This document shows, one piece after another, positions 22,809-32,323 of a stretch of DNA of 64,000 nucleotides. The stretch lies in assembly GCA_963771465.1 (NCBI GenBank), contig CAVYTU010000008.1:1-64000 (forward strand), read 5' to 3'. Under the pieces are notes generated by a model. The model was given only the letters and a program-made list of their open reading frames with translations, had not been told where the DNA came from and made no database searches. This stretch comes from an uncultured delta proteobacterium. Lineage in GTDB: Bacteria; Desulfobacterota; Binatia; UBA9968. The translations under genes and the position numbers were made by a program. Within the stretch, counting starts at the first letter, position 1; every line of letters begins with the position of its first letter.

Positions 22809-23765
22809 CTAGCGTGAATCGGATCTGCCCAAATGCGCGATCTGGGACAGAGCGGAAAACGTCCGCGGCAGTAAGGCCTCGCAAAACGTCTTCAAACCCT
22901 TGCGCGTCGGATACATTTTCAAACTACGGCCGCTCAACTGGCGCGCCTGCGAGGTCCGTCCCTCTACGAGACAATAGAAAGCGTAATCCGCCAACGAGGT
23001 GCCCATTGCCCTACGCACCGTCAGCGATGGGTACTCTCGCATATGCGCACCGACGACTTGCACGGCGGTTTGAAAAAACCGCTCATAGCGTGCGTTCCAC
23101 GCGCCCGACAGCCCCTCATCGACGATCCGATAGCGGGAGACGGGCTGTTCGATAAAAACGGCGGGGGCCAGCCGCGCTAGCCTTATCCAATAATCGTAGT
23201 CTTCACAGCCCCACAAAGTGGTATCGAATTCACCGGCACGTTCGACAATCTCCCGACGTACGACCATGGAAGAAGTGGCCACGCAATTCTTGCCCAGCAG
23301 CAAGTCGTAGACGCTGCCAAACACGCCGCCGTCCTTGACCGGCTTCCTGCGTAACCATCCGGCAAGCTGCGGCGGATAATACGGGTCGTCGGAAATCTTC
23401 GGATTCATTCCGGCGTAGAGATGCCAAACAGTGGAAAAAGAAAAACCGGCGTCCGGAAAGTTTTCAAAAGCAGTTAATTGTGCCGCAAGCTTGTGCGGCA
23501 ACCAAAGATCGTCGGCGTCGAGAAACGCAAGCAACTCGCCCGTCGCGTGCCGCAAACCCGTGTTTCGCGCCGCGGATGGGCCAGCATTCTTTTGGTAAAT
23601 GTATTTTACCGGCAGCGTCGCTGCGACGACGCGGGTATCATCCGTAGAACCGTCATCGACGACGATAATCTCTTCCGCGGGGCGCGTCTGGCGCAGCACG
23701 CTGTCGACAGCTTCGCCCATGAACCGGGCGGCGTTGAAGGCTGGAATAATGACACTCACCATCAT
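22809..23765 (-). CDS. GT2 glycosyltransferase
   Basis: VSVIIPAFN, VDDGSTD, FLDADDLW, CEDYDYWIR. Confidence 0.92.
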   Translation of the reverse strand: MMVSVIIPAFNAARFMGEAVDSVLRQTRPAEEIIVVDDGSTDDTRVVAATLPVKYIYQKNAGPSAARNTGLRHATGELLAFLDADDLWLPHKLAAQLTAFENFPDAGFSFSTVWHLYAGMNPKISDDPYYPPQLAGWLRRKPVKDGGVFGSVYDLLLGKNCVATSSMVVRREIVERAGEFDTTLWGCEDYDYWIRLARLAPAVFIEQPVSRYRIVDEGLSGAWNARYERFFQTAVQVVGAHMREYPSLTVRRAMGTSLADYAFYCLVEGRTSQARQLSGRSLKMYPTRKGLKTFCEALLPRTFSALSQIAHLGRSDSR

Positions 23766-24691
23766 GCAGATTCTCTATCCGCGTTGGACTTGAAACAGCC
23801 GGTGATAAAACCCCAGTGCCACCAAATGTTCAATTCTTGCTTAAAGACCGTATCCATGCCTACGCATAATGTGTTTGATGCAAATCGGTACACGCTCGAC
23901 ACCAGTTGACGAATACCGAACAAGGGTACTCCAATAAGCTTTCGAGCTTGGAGATTCTTGTATCTGAGACCATGGACTTGGCCGCCGTAAAAATAGAGCC
24001 TCCGAAAATATGATTTCCGTAGCCTTTCGGGCTCCACGATATGTAGCACACTCGCCCGTGGTTGATAGATTATCTTGGACTCAGCCCTCAATAGGCGGTC
24101 AAATACGTCAGTATCGCCACCTCCGAGGACGCGCTTCCCCACTCGATCCAGATTGGGATTAAACACGCCTACCTTCGCAAACACGTCTCGTTTAAACGAC
24201 ATATTCGCCCCCAAGAAAGGTTCTTCGCTTCGCGTCAGTGTTCGAACCTCCGGTCCGTAATCGACATGAGCTAAAGAAGAAAGTAGGTCGTCTATAAGCC
24301 AACCCGCTCTGCCCAGGCCAATCCAACTCGACTCGACCCGCCACTGCGTCACAATTTTGCGTTTCGAACGCGCGCCAGACTTCTTCGACCCATCGTGGCT
24401 CTGGCCGAGTATCATCATCAGTAAAAGCGATATAACGTCCCCGAGATTCCAAAATTCCCCGATTCCTTGCATTACAGAGACCTTGCTTGTTTTCCTCTAC
24501 ACGCCGCAACTCGACGGGGAAGCTGCCCGCAGCTTGCCGAACAATCTCGGCGGTATCGTCTGTGCAGTTATTGTCGATAATGACAACTTCCCATTTGGCT
24601 CAGGAGATGTGATCTGCCCCTTGAGACGTATTAGATTTCCCAGCAGCATGCGACTGCGATTGTATGTGCAGATTACTACAGTCAGATCCAT
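23762..24691 (-). CDS. GT2 glycosyltransferase, frameshifted
   Basis: MDLTVVICTYNRS / QGLCNARNRG...FTDDD / GANMSF...GGDT. Confidence 0.85.
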
Positions 24692-24699
24692 ACAAAATC

Positions 24700-25467
24700 C
24701 TATTTAAAAAAGATATGCGTTCCGACGCGTTTGACGTAGTAATCAGAAGGTCGCTACGGTTCATCGTATTCGCACCAAAAGTAACCTTTCGCCGAAACGT
24801 ACCTAGCGAATCTGTTCCAAAAACTTCGACGCGTCGCAGCAAAAATCTATCCGTTTGCTCGTTGGCGAATCCCGAAAGCGTCGAACATGCCGTCCGATAT
24901 CCCGCAACGCCGACAAGATTGCGGATGCACGCGTCGAACCTGCCGTAAGGGTAAGCAAAATGGCGAATCTCGACTCCAAGTTTGGCTTCCAGCGCCTGCT
25001 TCGATGCGGAGATTTCATGAGCAGCCTGGTCTTCGGTCAACTCGGGAAGTGCGGGTGAGTCACGCTATGCGACCCGATCTCGAACCCGCTGGTTGACAAT
25101 TCTTTCGCCTCGCGCCAATTCATTAATGCGTATTCGCCGGCCTCCGGTTTGGTGCGATCCCAGCTGCTCACCCCGCCCACCAGGCCGGACACGAGAAAAA
25201 ACGTCGCCGTAAACCCGAGACGGCCGAGAACGGCGCGGCGAAATCCCGCGTCTCTTTGAAACCGTCATCAAAAGTGATGCACACAGATTTGGTCGAATCC
25301 GCAGGCGACGCGTTCAGACGCCCCAAAACGTCAGTCAACGAGACAACCTGGCAACCGGAGTCGCGCAGCAACATCATCTGCTTTTCAAAGGCGGCCGCCG
25401 AAACCGTGTAACGATCGGGCCGCGCCGTTGCCGAAACACGGTGATACATCAAAATGGGAATCTTCAA
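24700..25467 (-). CDS. Polysaccharide deacetylase (NodB/IcaB-like), frameshifted
   Basis: IPILMYHRV, ITFDDG, GSHS.THP, FAYPYG. Confidence 0.85.
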
Positions 25468-25625
25468 TACAGCATCCTAAACAAACCAAACGCGATGGCG
25501 GATTGCGCTTTTCAAACTCGCCTGCCGATACCGTATATCGGCTCGGTTGAGCCGAAGCCGAAACAGAGTGGTACATTAGGATTGGGATTTTCAATGGGCG
25601 AATTAGACAAACCAGACGCGGTGCC
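25382..25625 (-). repeat. Imperfect tandem duplication (~120 bp unit) of the deacetylase 5' end
   Basis: One copy encodes LKIPILMYHSVSASAQPSRYTVSAGEFEK and the other LKIPILMYHRVSATARPDRYTVSAAAFEK. Both are preceded by cgcgtYtggtttgtYta. Confidence 0.85.
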
Positions 25626-25654
25626 GGATTGTCCCTTCGATCCGGCCCCACTTT

Positions 25655-26500
25655 TCACCGATTTCGATAAGCAGCTGGTATCTTTGATCGTCTGCGGGAT
25701 CGATCCAAAAACCCCATCTTTGCCATGAGACACTGGGCTCCAAAACGAATACTTCGCCTCACGATCGATCGGTATTCCCAATAGGTTGATTTGAAACTCA
25801 TCTCTTCCATCTTCCATCGGGAGCGATATTTCTTGTAAAGCAACACCGCCCCATAGGCATGCCGCCGTTTCTGCCGCAGGAACGAACTGGGCGAAAGATC
25901 ATGGCGGTGCTCCACACAGGCGTCGGGCGCAAAAGCGATCCGATAATCACTTTCGAGTTGCATTCGCCAGCAAATATCCGCATCCTCACCCTCTTCCAAT
26001 TGGTCATCGAATACGCCTATGAGACGAATGACATCTCGGCGGAAGGCGACATTTCCCGTTTGCGCATAGGGCATGAATGGATGGGCAAACGTCACCATCT
26101 GCGAGAGATGTCCTTTGTTGGCAAGATATCTCGCGAGCGGCGTATCGACATACGCGTTGATAATCTCCCCGCCAACGCAACCCACAAGTGGGTCTTGGAA
26201 TGGACTCAAAAGATTTTGAAGCCAGTTTGGTTTCACGAGACAGTCGGCATCCAAAAATACAACAAAATTGCCGGAAGCGTGCTGGAAACCGGCGTTTCGC
26301 GCTTGTCCTCGACCGCGCTTCGATTCCGCGACCACCCTAGCGTGAAGAGACCTGGCAACCCTAACCGTACCGTCGTTGGAACCGTTATCCACGACAATCA
26401 CTTCATCGTTCGGACCAAGCTGGGCGGTCACCACGGGCAAAACCCGCGACAGATTTTGCTCCTCATTCAATGCGGGAATAACGATTGACGCTCGAATCAC
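25655..26500 (-). CDS. GT2 glycosyltransferase
   Basis: SIVIPALNE, VVDNGS.DGT, FLDADC, GEDADICWR. Confidence 0.9.
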   Translation of the reverse strand: MIRASIVIPALNEEQNLSRVLPVVTAQLGPNDEVIVVDNGSNDGTVRVARSLHARVVAESKRGRGQARNAGFQHASGNFVVFLDADCLVKPNWLQNLLSPFQDPLVGCVGGEIINAYVDTPLARYLANKGHLSQMVTFAHPFMPYAQTGNVAFRRDVIRLIGVFDDQLEEGEDADICWRMQLESDYRIAFAPDACVEHRHDLSPSSFLRQKRRHAYGAVLLYKKYRSRWKMEEMSFKSTYWEYRSIVRRSIRFGAQCLMAKMGFLDRSRRRSKIPAAYRNR

Positions 26501-26504
26501 GGGA

Positions 26505-27410
26505 TTAATTTAGCGGACCCTGCCCTACCGTCGGAACAATATGGCCTTTCTCGATCAGATAGCGTCTCAAGGCATCCTGCCAATCAGGAATAGACTGAGA
26601 AAGATTCTCGGTTGCGAGAGCCGAGCGTTTTGGACGCCGCGCTGGCGTTGGATACTCTGTCGAATGCACTGGAGTGCTGTCCACCGTCAAAGCGCAAAAA
26701 TCCAAGGCCGCTTTGGCAAACTGATACCAAGTACAAGAACCATTATTCGCAGAATGAATAATTCTGGTAAAACCGGATTGTAGTAATCCAACGATGCTTT
26801 CAGCTGCATCGCGCGTGTAGGTCGGCGATATTCGGATGTCGTCGACAACTTTGAGAGTTTCCCCTTTTTTTGCCTTAGCAAGAATCGTTTCGATAAAGTT
26901 CCCGCCCTTGCCGCGCGCCCCTGTCTTACCAAACAGACTAGAGACTCGGACAATTAACCAGCGTGGCGCGGTTTGGCGGACCAAAAGTTCTCCGGCTAAC
27001 TTTGAAGTTCCATACACATTGATCGGATTCGTCCGATCAGATTCAACATAAGGCGCGTTCTTCTTCCCGTCGAATACATAATCTGTGCTGATAAAAACAG
27101 AAAGAGCGTCTATTTCGGCGCAAGCGCGAGCGATGTTGAGCGCGCCGATGGCGTTCACGGCAAAGGCTTCGGACGCATGGTCTTCACAATCGTCGACCCT
27201 GACGTAGGCTGCGCTATTGATGACAAACTGCGGGCGGGAATGAAGTACAGCTTTGCGAGCTGCCGCGGCATCCGTACAATCGGCATCCTCATGGGTTAAC
27301 GGAATCACTTCAAACTTGCCGGAATTTTGTAGAACTCTTACTAGATCCGTGCCTAGTTGGCCGGTGCTGCCAAATATCAAAACCTTATCGCTCACGATGA
27401 TTGACCCCAC
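26505..27410 (-). CDS. rfbD: dTDP-4-dehydrorhamnose reductase
   Basis: GSTGQLG, ISTDYVFDG, P.NVYGTSKLAGE, SPTYT, P.PARRP. Confidence 0.95.
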   Translation of the reverse strand: MGSIIVSDKVLIFGSTGQLGTDLVRVLQNSGKFEVIPLTHEDADCTDAAAARKAVLHSRPQFVINSAAYVRVDDCEDHASEAFAVNAIGALNIARACAEIDALSVFISTDYVFDGKKNAPYVESDRTNPINVYGTSKLAGELLVRQTAPRWLIVRVSSLFGKTGARGKGGNFIETILAKAKKGETLKVVDDIRISPTYTRDAAESIVGLLQSGFTRIIHSANNGSCTWYQFAKAALDFCALTVDSTPVHSTEYPTPARRPKRSALATENLSQSIPDWQDALRRYLIEKGHIVPTVGQGPLN

Positions 27411-28438
27411 GAGTGAGAATAGACAGAGTCATAGTATTTTCGGTATTCGCCCGAGGTTACGTGAGATATCCAATCGGTGTGATCGAGGTACCAGTCAACT
27501 GTTTGTTTCAAACCCGTAACAAAATCAATGCTCGGCTGCCAACCGGTTTCGCCGCGCACTTTCGATGTATCGACCGCGTAGCGCCGATCGTGACCCGGAC
27601 GATCAGTTACGTAGCGGATGCGTTTCTTAAGCGCGTGCAGGTCCATGCCGCGCCGTTCAGCGATCGCAACACAAATCGCTTCGACGACATCCAGATTAGT
27701 GTGCTCTTCGCCGGCTCCAATGTTGTAAATCGACCCGACTTTTCCCTTTTCCAGAACGCTCAAGATGCCGCGGCAATTGTCTTCGACGAAAAGCCAGTCG
27801 CGTATTTGTTTGCCGTCGCCGTAAATCGGAAAATCTAAATCGTTCAGGCCATTTCGAATCAGCAACGGAATCAATTTCTCCGGAAACTGATAAGGGCCGT
27901 AGTTGTTGGAGCTGCGCGTGACGATGATGGGCAAACCATGAGTGCGCCGATACGAGTAGCAGAGCAGATCCGCCGCAGCCTTGGTTGCAGCGTATGGACT
28001 GCTTGGACACAGTGGAAAGTCTTCCGTCGAAGCAGGCTTGCCTTCTTTGTCGCCGTAAACCTCGTCGGTCGAAATATGCAGAAAGCGTTCAACCGGGTGA
28101 GTCCGGACGGCGTCAAGCAGCGATTGCACACCGCCGATATTGGTTTGCAGGAACGGCGATGCGTCGAGAATGCTACGATCGACGTGCGATTCGGCGGCGA
28201 AATTGACGATCGCCCACGGTTGCTCTTCTTTCAGAATTGTCTCGACCAAGCCACGATCACAAATATCACCGTGAACAAAACGCAGCTGATCGCCGGAAAT
28301 ATTGGCAGTATTTTCGAGATTGCCGGCGTAAGTCAGCGCGTCGAGATTGACGACCCGCCAACTTGGATCAGCGCATAGCAGGCGCACAAAGTTGCTGCCG
28401 ATAAATCCACAACCACCCGTTACCAAAACCGTTTTCAT
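27392..28438 (-). CDS. rfbB: dTDP-glucose 4,6-dehydratase
   Basis: TGGCGFIGSNF, FAAESHVDRSI, ISTDEVYG, NNYGPYQFPEKLIP, DRPGHDRRY. Confidence 0.97.
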   Translation of the reverse strand: MKTVLVTGGCGFIGSNFVRLLCADPSWRVVNLDALTYAGNLENTANISGDQLRFVHGDICDRGLVETILKEEQPWAIVNFAAESHVDRSILDASPFLQTNIGGVQSLLDAVRTHPVERFLHISTDEVYGDKEGKPASTEDFPLCPSSPYAATKAAADLLCYSYRRTHGLPIIVTRSSNNYGPYQFPEKLIPLLIRNGLNDLDFPIYGDGKQIRDWLFVEDNCRGILSVLEKGKVGSIYNIGAGEEHTNLDVVEAICVAIAERRGMDLHALKKRIRYVTDRPGHDRRYAVDTSKVRGETGWQPSIDFVTGLKQTVDWYLDHTDWISHVTSGEYRKYYDSVYSHSWGQSS

Positions 28439-28476
28439 TTTTTCCGTTCTAACCAGTCAGAAGCAGTAGCAACCAA

Positions 28477-29043
28477 CTAGGATACCGAGCCGTAGCGAAA
28501 GTTATGATCCGCGCATTTGAGGCCGGGCCAATTTTGATCTCGGCAGGAAAGCTGTGGTTTATCGATGGGCCACCTAATGTTCAATTGCGGATCGTTCCAA
28601 CAGATTCCCGCTTCGCACTCCGGCGCATATTCCTCGGTCGTCATGTAAGAGATCTCCGCCTCTTCACTCACAACGCAAAAACCGTGGGCGAAGCCAATCG
28701 GCACGTAGAGCATTTGTTTATTCTCCGATGAGAGCGTAACGCCAACCCATTTCCCAAAGGTTGGAGCGCCGTGCCGAATATCGACGACGACATCGTAAAT
28801 TTCACCGCTCAGAGCGCGTACCAACTTTCCTTGCGCTTTGGGATGATTTTGATAGTGCAGACCACGAAGAATTCCCTTGGTCGACTTTGAATGATTTCCC
28901 TGGATGAATGTTTCAGTGATACCGTGTTCGGCGAATTCTGAGCGTTTGTAAGTTTCCATAAAGAAGCCCCGGTCATCGGCGAAAACTCGCGGCTCGACAA
29001 TCAGGACTTCAGAAATTTCAGTTGGGATGAATCGAAATGGCAT
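28477..29043 (-). CDS. rfbC: dTDP-4-dehydrorhamnose 3,5-epimerase
   Basis: DDRGFFMET, NHSKS.KG.LRGLHYQ, GFAHGF. Confidence 0.95.
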   Translation of the reverse strand: MPFRFIPTEISEVLIVEPRVFADDRGFFMETYKRSEFAEHGITETFIQGNHSKSTKGILRGLHYQNHPKAQGKLVRALSGEIYDVVVDIRHGAPTFGKWVGVTLSSENKQMLYVPIGFAHGFCVVSEEAEISYMTTEEYAPECEAGICWNDPQLNIRWPIDKPQLSCRDQNWPGLKCADHNFRYGSVS

Positions 29044-30122
29044 CAGAGCAACACTTCGGAATCGTCGCCGATCATGAGCCGATATGCCTGATGATTGTTC
29101 TGCTCTTTAACGACGACGGAATTCTTGCCGATCAAGCTATCTTCCAACCGGTCCACATGTTCGATGCGAGCATTCTCCAGCAAAACACAATGTTCGAGGA
29201 CCGAATAGTTGATGCGGCAATTGCCACCGATGGATGTAAAGGGTCCGACGAACGAGTTTTCGACAACAACATTGTCACCAATAACGACCGGCCCACGCAC
29301 CGTGCTCTTGATAACTCGACTGCCTTTACCCAGTTGCACCCGGCCGGTCACTTGGCTTTGCGAATCGATGTCACCATCGATTTGCCGCTTCACCCACTCA
29401 TCGAGCACAACCGTGTTCGCCGTCAATAGGTCATCCTTTTTGCCGGTGTCGAGCCACCACGCTTCCACCTGATCGCTAAGCACCTCACCGCCGTCATTGA
29501 GCAGCATCTGGATTGCGTCGGTGATTTCCAACTCGCCGCGCCAGGAAGGAGTGATTCTGCTAATCGCCTCGTGAATCGCCGACGTAAAAAAATAAATCCC
29601 AACTAAAGCCAAGTTGGATTTCGGTTCTTTGGGTTTTTCAACCAGACGAATAACGCGCTTATGTTGATCGATTTCGGCAATGCCAAAACTCGATGGATTA
29701 TCGACTTCTTTGAGCAGTATGGAGGCCGGCACACCAGAGGCTTCGAACTTTTCACGATAATTTCGAATACCTGAACCGATCAAATTGTCGCCCAAATACA
29801 TTACAAACGAATCAGCGCCTAAGTAGGGCTCGGCAACTTTTACCGCATGAGCGAGTCCGAGCGGCTCACTTTGCAGGATATACTCGATGCTCATCCCCCA
29901 GGAGCAGCCATCACCGACTGTTTCCCTAATCGCGTTACCCGTTTCCGGGGAAATTACGATGCCGACTTCCGTCACGCCGGCGTTTTTGAGATTGTCCAAG
30001 ACGTGAAACAGGATCGGCCGGTTGGCCACCGGCACGAGCTGCTTAGCAGCCGTATGTGTCAATGGGCGCAACCGAGTACCCCGTCCACCGCTTAAAACCA
30101 AGCCTTTTAGATTATTAGTCAT
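29043..30122 (-). CDS. rfbA: Glucose-1-phosphate thymidylyltransferase (long form)
   Basis: LSGGRGTRLRPLTHT.AKQLVPVAN, PLGLAHAV, PSWRGELEITDAI, WWLDTG, C-terminal hexapeptide region. Confidence 0.95.
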   Translation of the reverse strand: MTNNLKGLVLSGGRGTRLRPLTHTAAKQLVPVANRPILFHVLDNLKNAGVTEVGIVISPETGNAIRETVGDGCSWGMSIEYILQSEPLGLAHAVKVAEPYLGADSFVMYLGDNLIGSGIRNYREKFEASGVPASILLKEVDNPSSFGIAEIDQHKRVIRLVEKPKEPKSNLALVGIYFFTSAIHEAISRITPSWRGELEITDAIQMLLNDGGEVLSDQVEAWWLDTGKKDDLLTANTVVLDEWVKRQIDGDIDSQSQVTGRVQLGKGSRVIKSTVRGPVVIGDNVVVENSFVGPFTSIGGNCRINYSVLEHCVLLENARIEHVDRLEDSLIGKNSVVVKEQNNHQAYRLMIGDDSEVLL

Positions 30123-30454
30123 TAGAGAATCAGCCGACCGACCCTAACAACGACGGGGGAGTTAAAATGATCCGAAAGCTCTCGATGAAAACAGACAAGC
30201 TTCCGCCATCACTGCATCAGCAGCCATTCACCAGCCCAATTAGTGATACAAACAATGCCAAACCGTCGCCTACATATTGACTGACAAAGAGGGGATGACA
30301 CAATTTGTCAAATCATGCCCATGATAGAGCTATTTCAGCTATCTATTCATGGCAAAACTAGCCAGAACTACCTTAGACTGCCCATTCACTGACAACACCG
30401 ATACTACTGGCAAAAAACATTCCAAATCGGGGACTTCCATTCCTCGATCCATCG

Positions 30455-32290
30455 CTAACTGCCCTCGGTCTTTGGTTGTTCTGCATGTGAGCGATGCCAG
30501 AGTTCAAGCATCATGAAGTTCCAAATATGCGAGCCAAAGTAACCGCTCGGCTCGCTGTCGTGCGCCGCCAGAAGCTTTTCGAGAGCAGGTCGTTTAAAAT
30601 ACCCCCGCTGTATCGAGCGCGTGTCCAGGAGTAGTGATCGCGCTAAATCGCGAAATCCGGGATGGTTTCGAAGCCAATCTCCTGTTGGCAATCCGAATCC
30701 ATGTTTCTTCTTGTGAAGAATCTCGTCAGGCAAGAAATTCTCAAACGCTTTCTTGAAAATATACCGTTTCGACCAGCCTTTGACTTTCATGCTTGCGGGG
30801 ATTTTCCCCGAAGTTACTCCGACATGAGGGTCGAGAAACGGATAACGCACCTGAACCCCGAGAACTTCCGCCATTCGATTCACTTTGAACAAATCATTGT
30901 CAGCAACCGCCAACTTCAAGTCGATGTAGAGTAGACGATTGAGCGGGCTCACGTCTCCGGCTCTACGGTAATGCTCGCGAGCGACGTCGATGGGAAAGTC
31001 TGCGTCCGTTGAATTCCGAAAATCATCGGACAAGAACTCAGCGGCATGATCCCGGTAGTAAAGCTGATAGGCGAAGAAGCGATCGACAGCGGGCTGGTTC
31101 GCTTTACGAATGTAGTTTTGAACTTTGCGCCAAGGATAGAAAGCCGGGAGCATCGCGGCGCTGTGATTTAGAACACTCCGGAGCGGCTGGGGCACCTGTT
31201 GATAAATAGAAAATATCTTTTCGGTAATGTATCTCTCGTTGCCGCCAAAGATTTCATCGCCGCCGTCGCCGGAAAACATCACCTTAACGCCAGCATCCCG
31301 AGCCATCTTCAGACAGAAATAAGTTGGAATCGCGGAACTGTTGCCGAATGGCTCGTCATAAGCGGCAGCCAAGGTGGGAATGGCGTCAAGGGCTTCGTCC
31401 GGCTTCACAAAATACTCACGCGCTTTACTCTTGAAATGCTTCGCCGCAATGCGGGCGTAGCTGATTTCGTTATAGGCTTCTTCGTCAAATCCGACGGAAA
31501 ATGTATTCACCGGTTGAGAACTCAACCGCGCCATGAGTCCGACCACGGTGCTGCTGTCAGTCCCACCGCTCAAAAACGCGCCGACAGCATTCTGCCTGCC
31601 CTCGAGTGAGAAACGCACCGAGTCTTGCAAAGATGAGCGCACTAGTTCAGCGGCGTCCGCTTCACTCAAGCGTTCATCTTCCGGGTAAGTCATATCCCAG
31701 TATCTACGAATGAATGGGCGGCCGTCCGCCCATTCAAGAACATGTCCCGGCTCGAGCCGGTGGATATTCTGGTAAATCGTGTGCGGCGCTGGAATAAACG
31801 AATGATTGAGGTAAAAATATAAACTATTAGGGGCTACGATTGGGGCGGTTTCCCGAGCTGTAGCGATGACGCTAATTCTCGGCGCAAAGGCGATCCGCCC
31901 ATTGGCATGCCAATAATAAATCGGCCTGGTGCCGAAGTGATCGGTGCCGAGAACAAGCTTGTTCTGCCGCTCATCCCATAAGATAACCGCGAACGAACCG
32001 CGCAACGATTTAACGAAATCGCCGCCCTGCTTTCTATAAAGTCCCACAATCGCGGCGCCATGATTATTACTGAGGGTATCGTCGGCGCTATTTTTCAAGT
32101 CCGCCAGCGCTGCGAAGCCGTCGACGAATAGCCATACACCGTCGCCTACATAGGGTTCACGCCAAGTCTGCCAGCTCCATGGGAAAATTCCATATTCACT
32201 GGGATTAGGCGGGCTTGTGAAAGCCTTTTCTGTGGAAGTATCAATCACAGGAAATTTCACTACAAAATTGACCAACGAAAATTGATGCAA
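30455..32290 (-). CDS. AsnB-like amidotransferase of the EPS locus
   Basis: LRGSFA, DHFG.RP.YY, FLSGGTDSS, DEPFGNSS, SGDGGDEIFGG, RYPFLD, KKHGFG.P. Start uncertain. Confidence 0.9.
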   Translation of the reverse strand: MHQFSLVNFVVKFPVIDTSTEKAFTSPPNPSEYGIFPWSWQTWREPYVGDGVWLFVDGFAALADLKNSADDTLSNNHGAAIVGLYRKQGGDFVKSLRGSFAVILWDERQNKLVLGTDHFGTRPIYYWHANGRIAFAPRISVIATARETAPIVAPNSLYFYLNHSFIPAPHTIYQNIHRLEPGHVLEWADGRPFIRRYWDMTYPEDERLSEADAAELVRSSLQDSVRFSLEGRQNAVGAFLSGGTDSSTVVGLMARLSSQPVNTFSVGFDEEAYNEISYARIAAKHFKSKAREYFVKPDEALDAIPTLAAAYDEPFGNSSAIPTYFCLKMARDAGVKVMFSGDGGDEIFGGNERYITEKIFSIYQQVPQPLRSVLNHSAAMLPAFYPWRKVQNYIRKANQPAVDRFFAYQLYYRDHAAEFLSDDFRNSTDADFPIDVAREHYRRAGDVSPLNRLLYIDLKLAVADNDLFKVNRMAEVLGVQVRYPFLDPHVGVTSGKIPASMKVKGWSKRYIFKKAFENFLPDEILHKKKHGFGLPTGDWLRNHPGFRDLARSLLLDTRSIQRGYFKRPALEKLLAAHDSEPSGYFGSHIWNFMMLELWHRSHAEQPKTEGS

Positions 32291-32323
32291 AGCGATTTCA
32301 TCGCGCCTCCAAAGGTTTGCGCA

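Noticed and set aside
30190-30265. Sigma54 promoter upstream of rfbA
   Set aside because: The TGGC-containing candidates on the minus strand have the wrong spacing to a GC.
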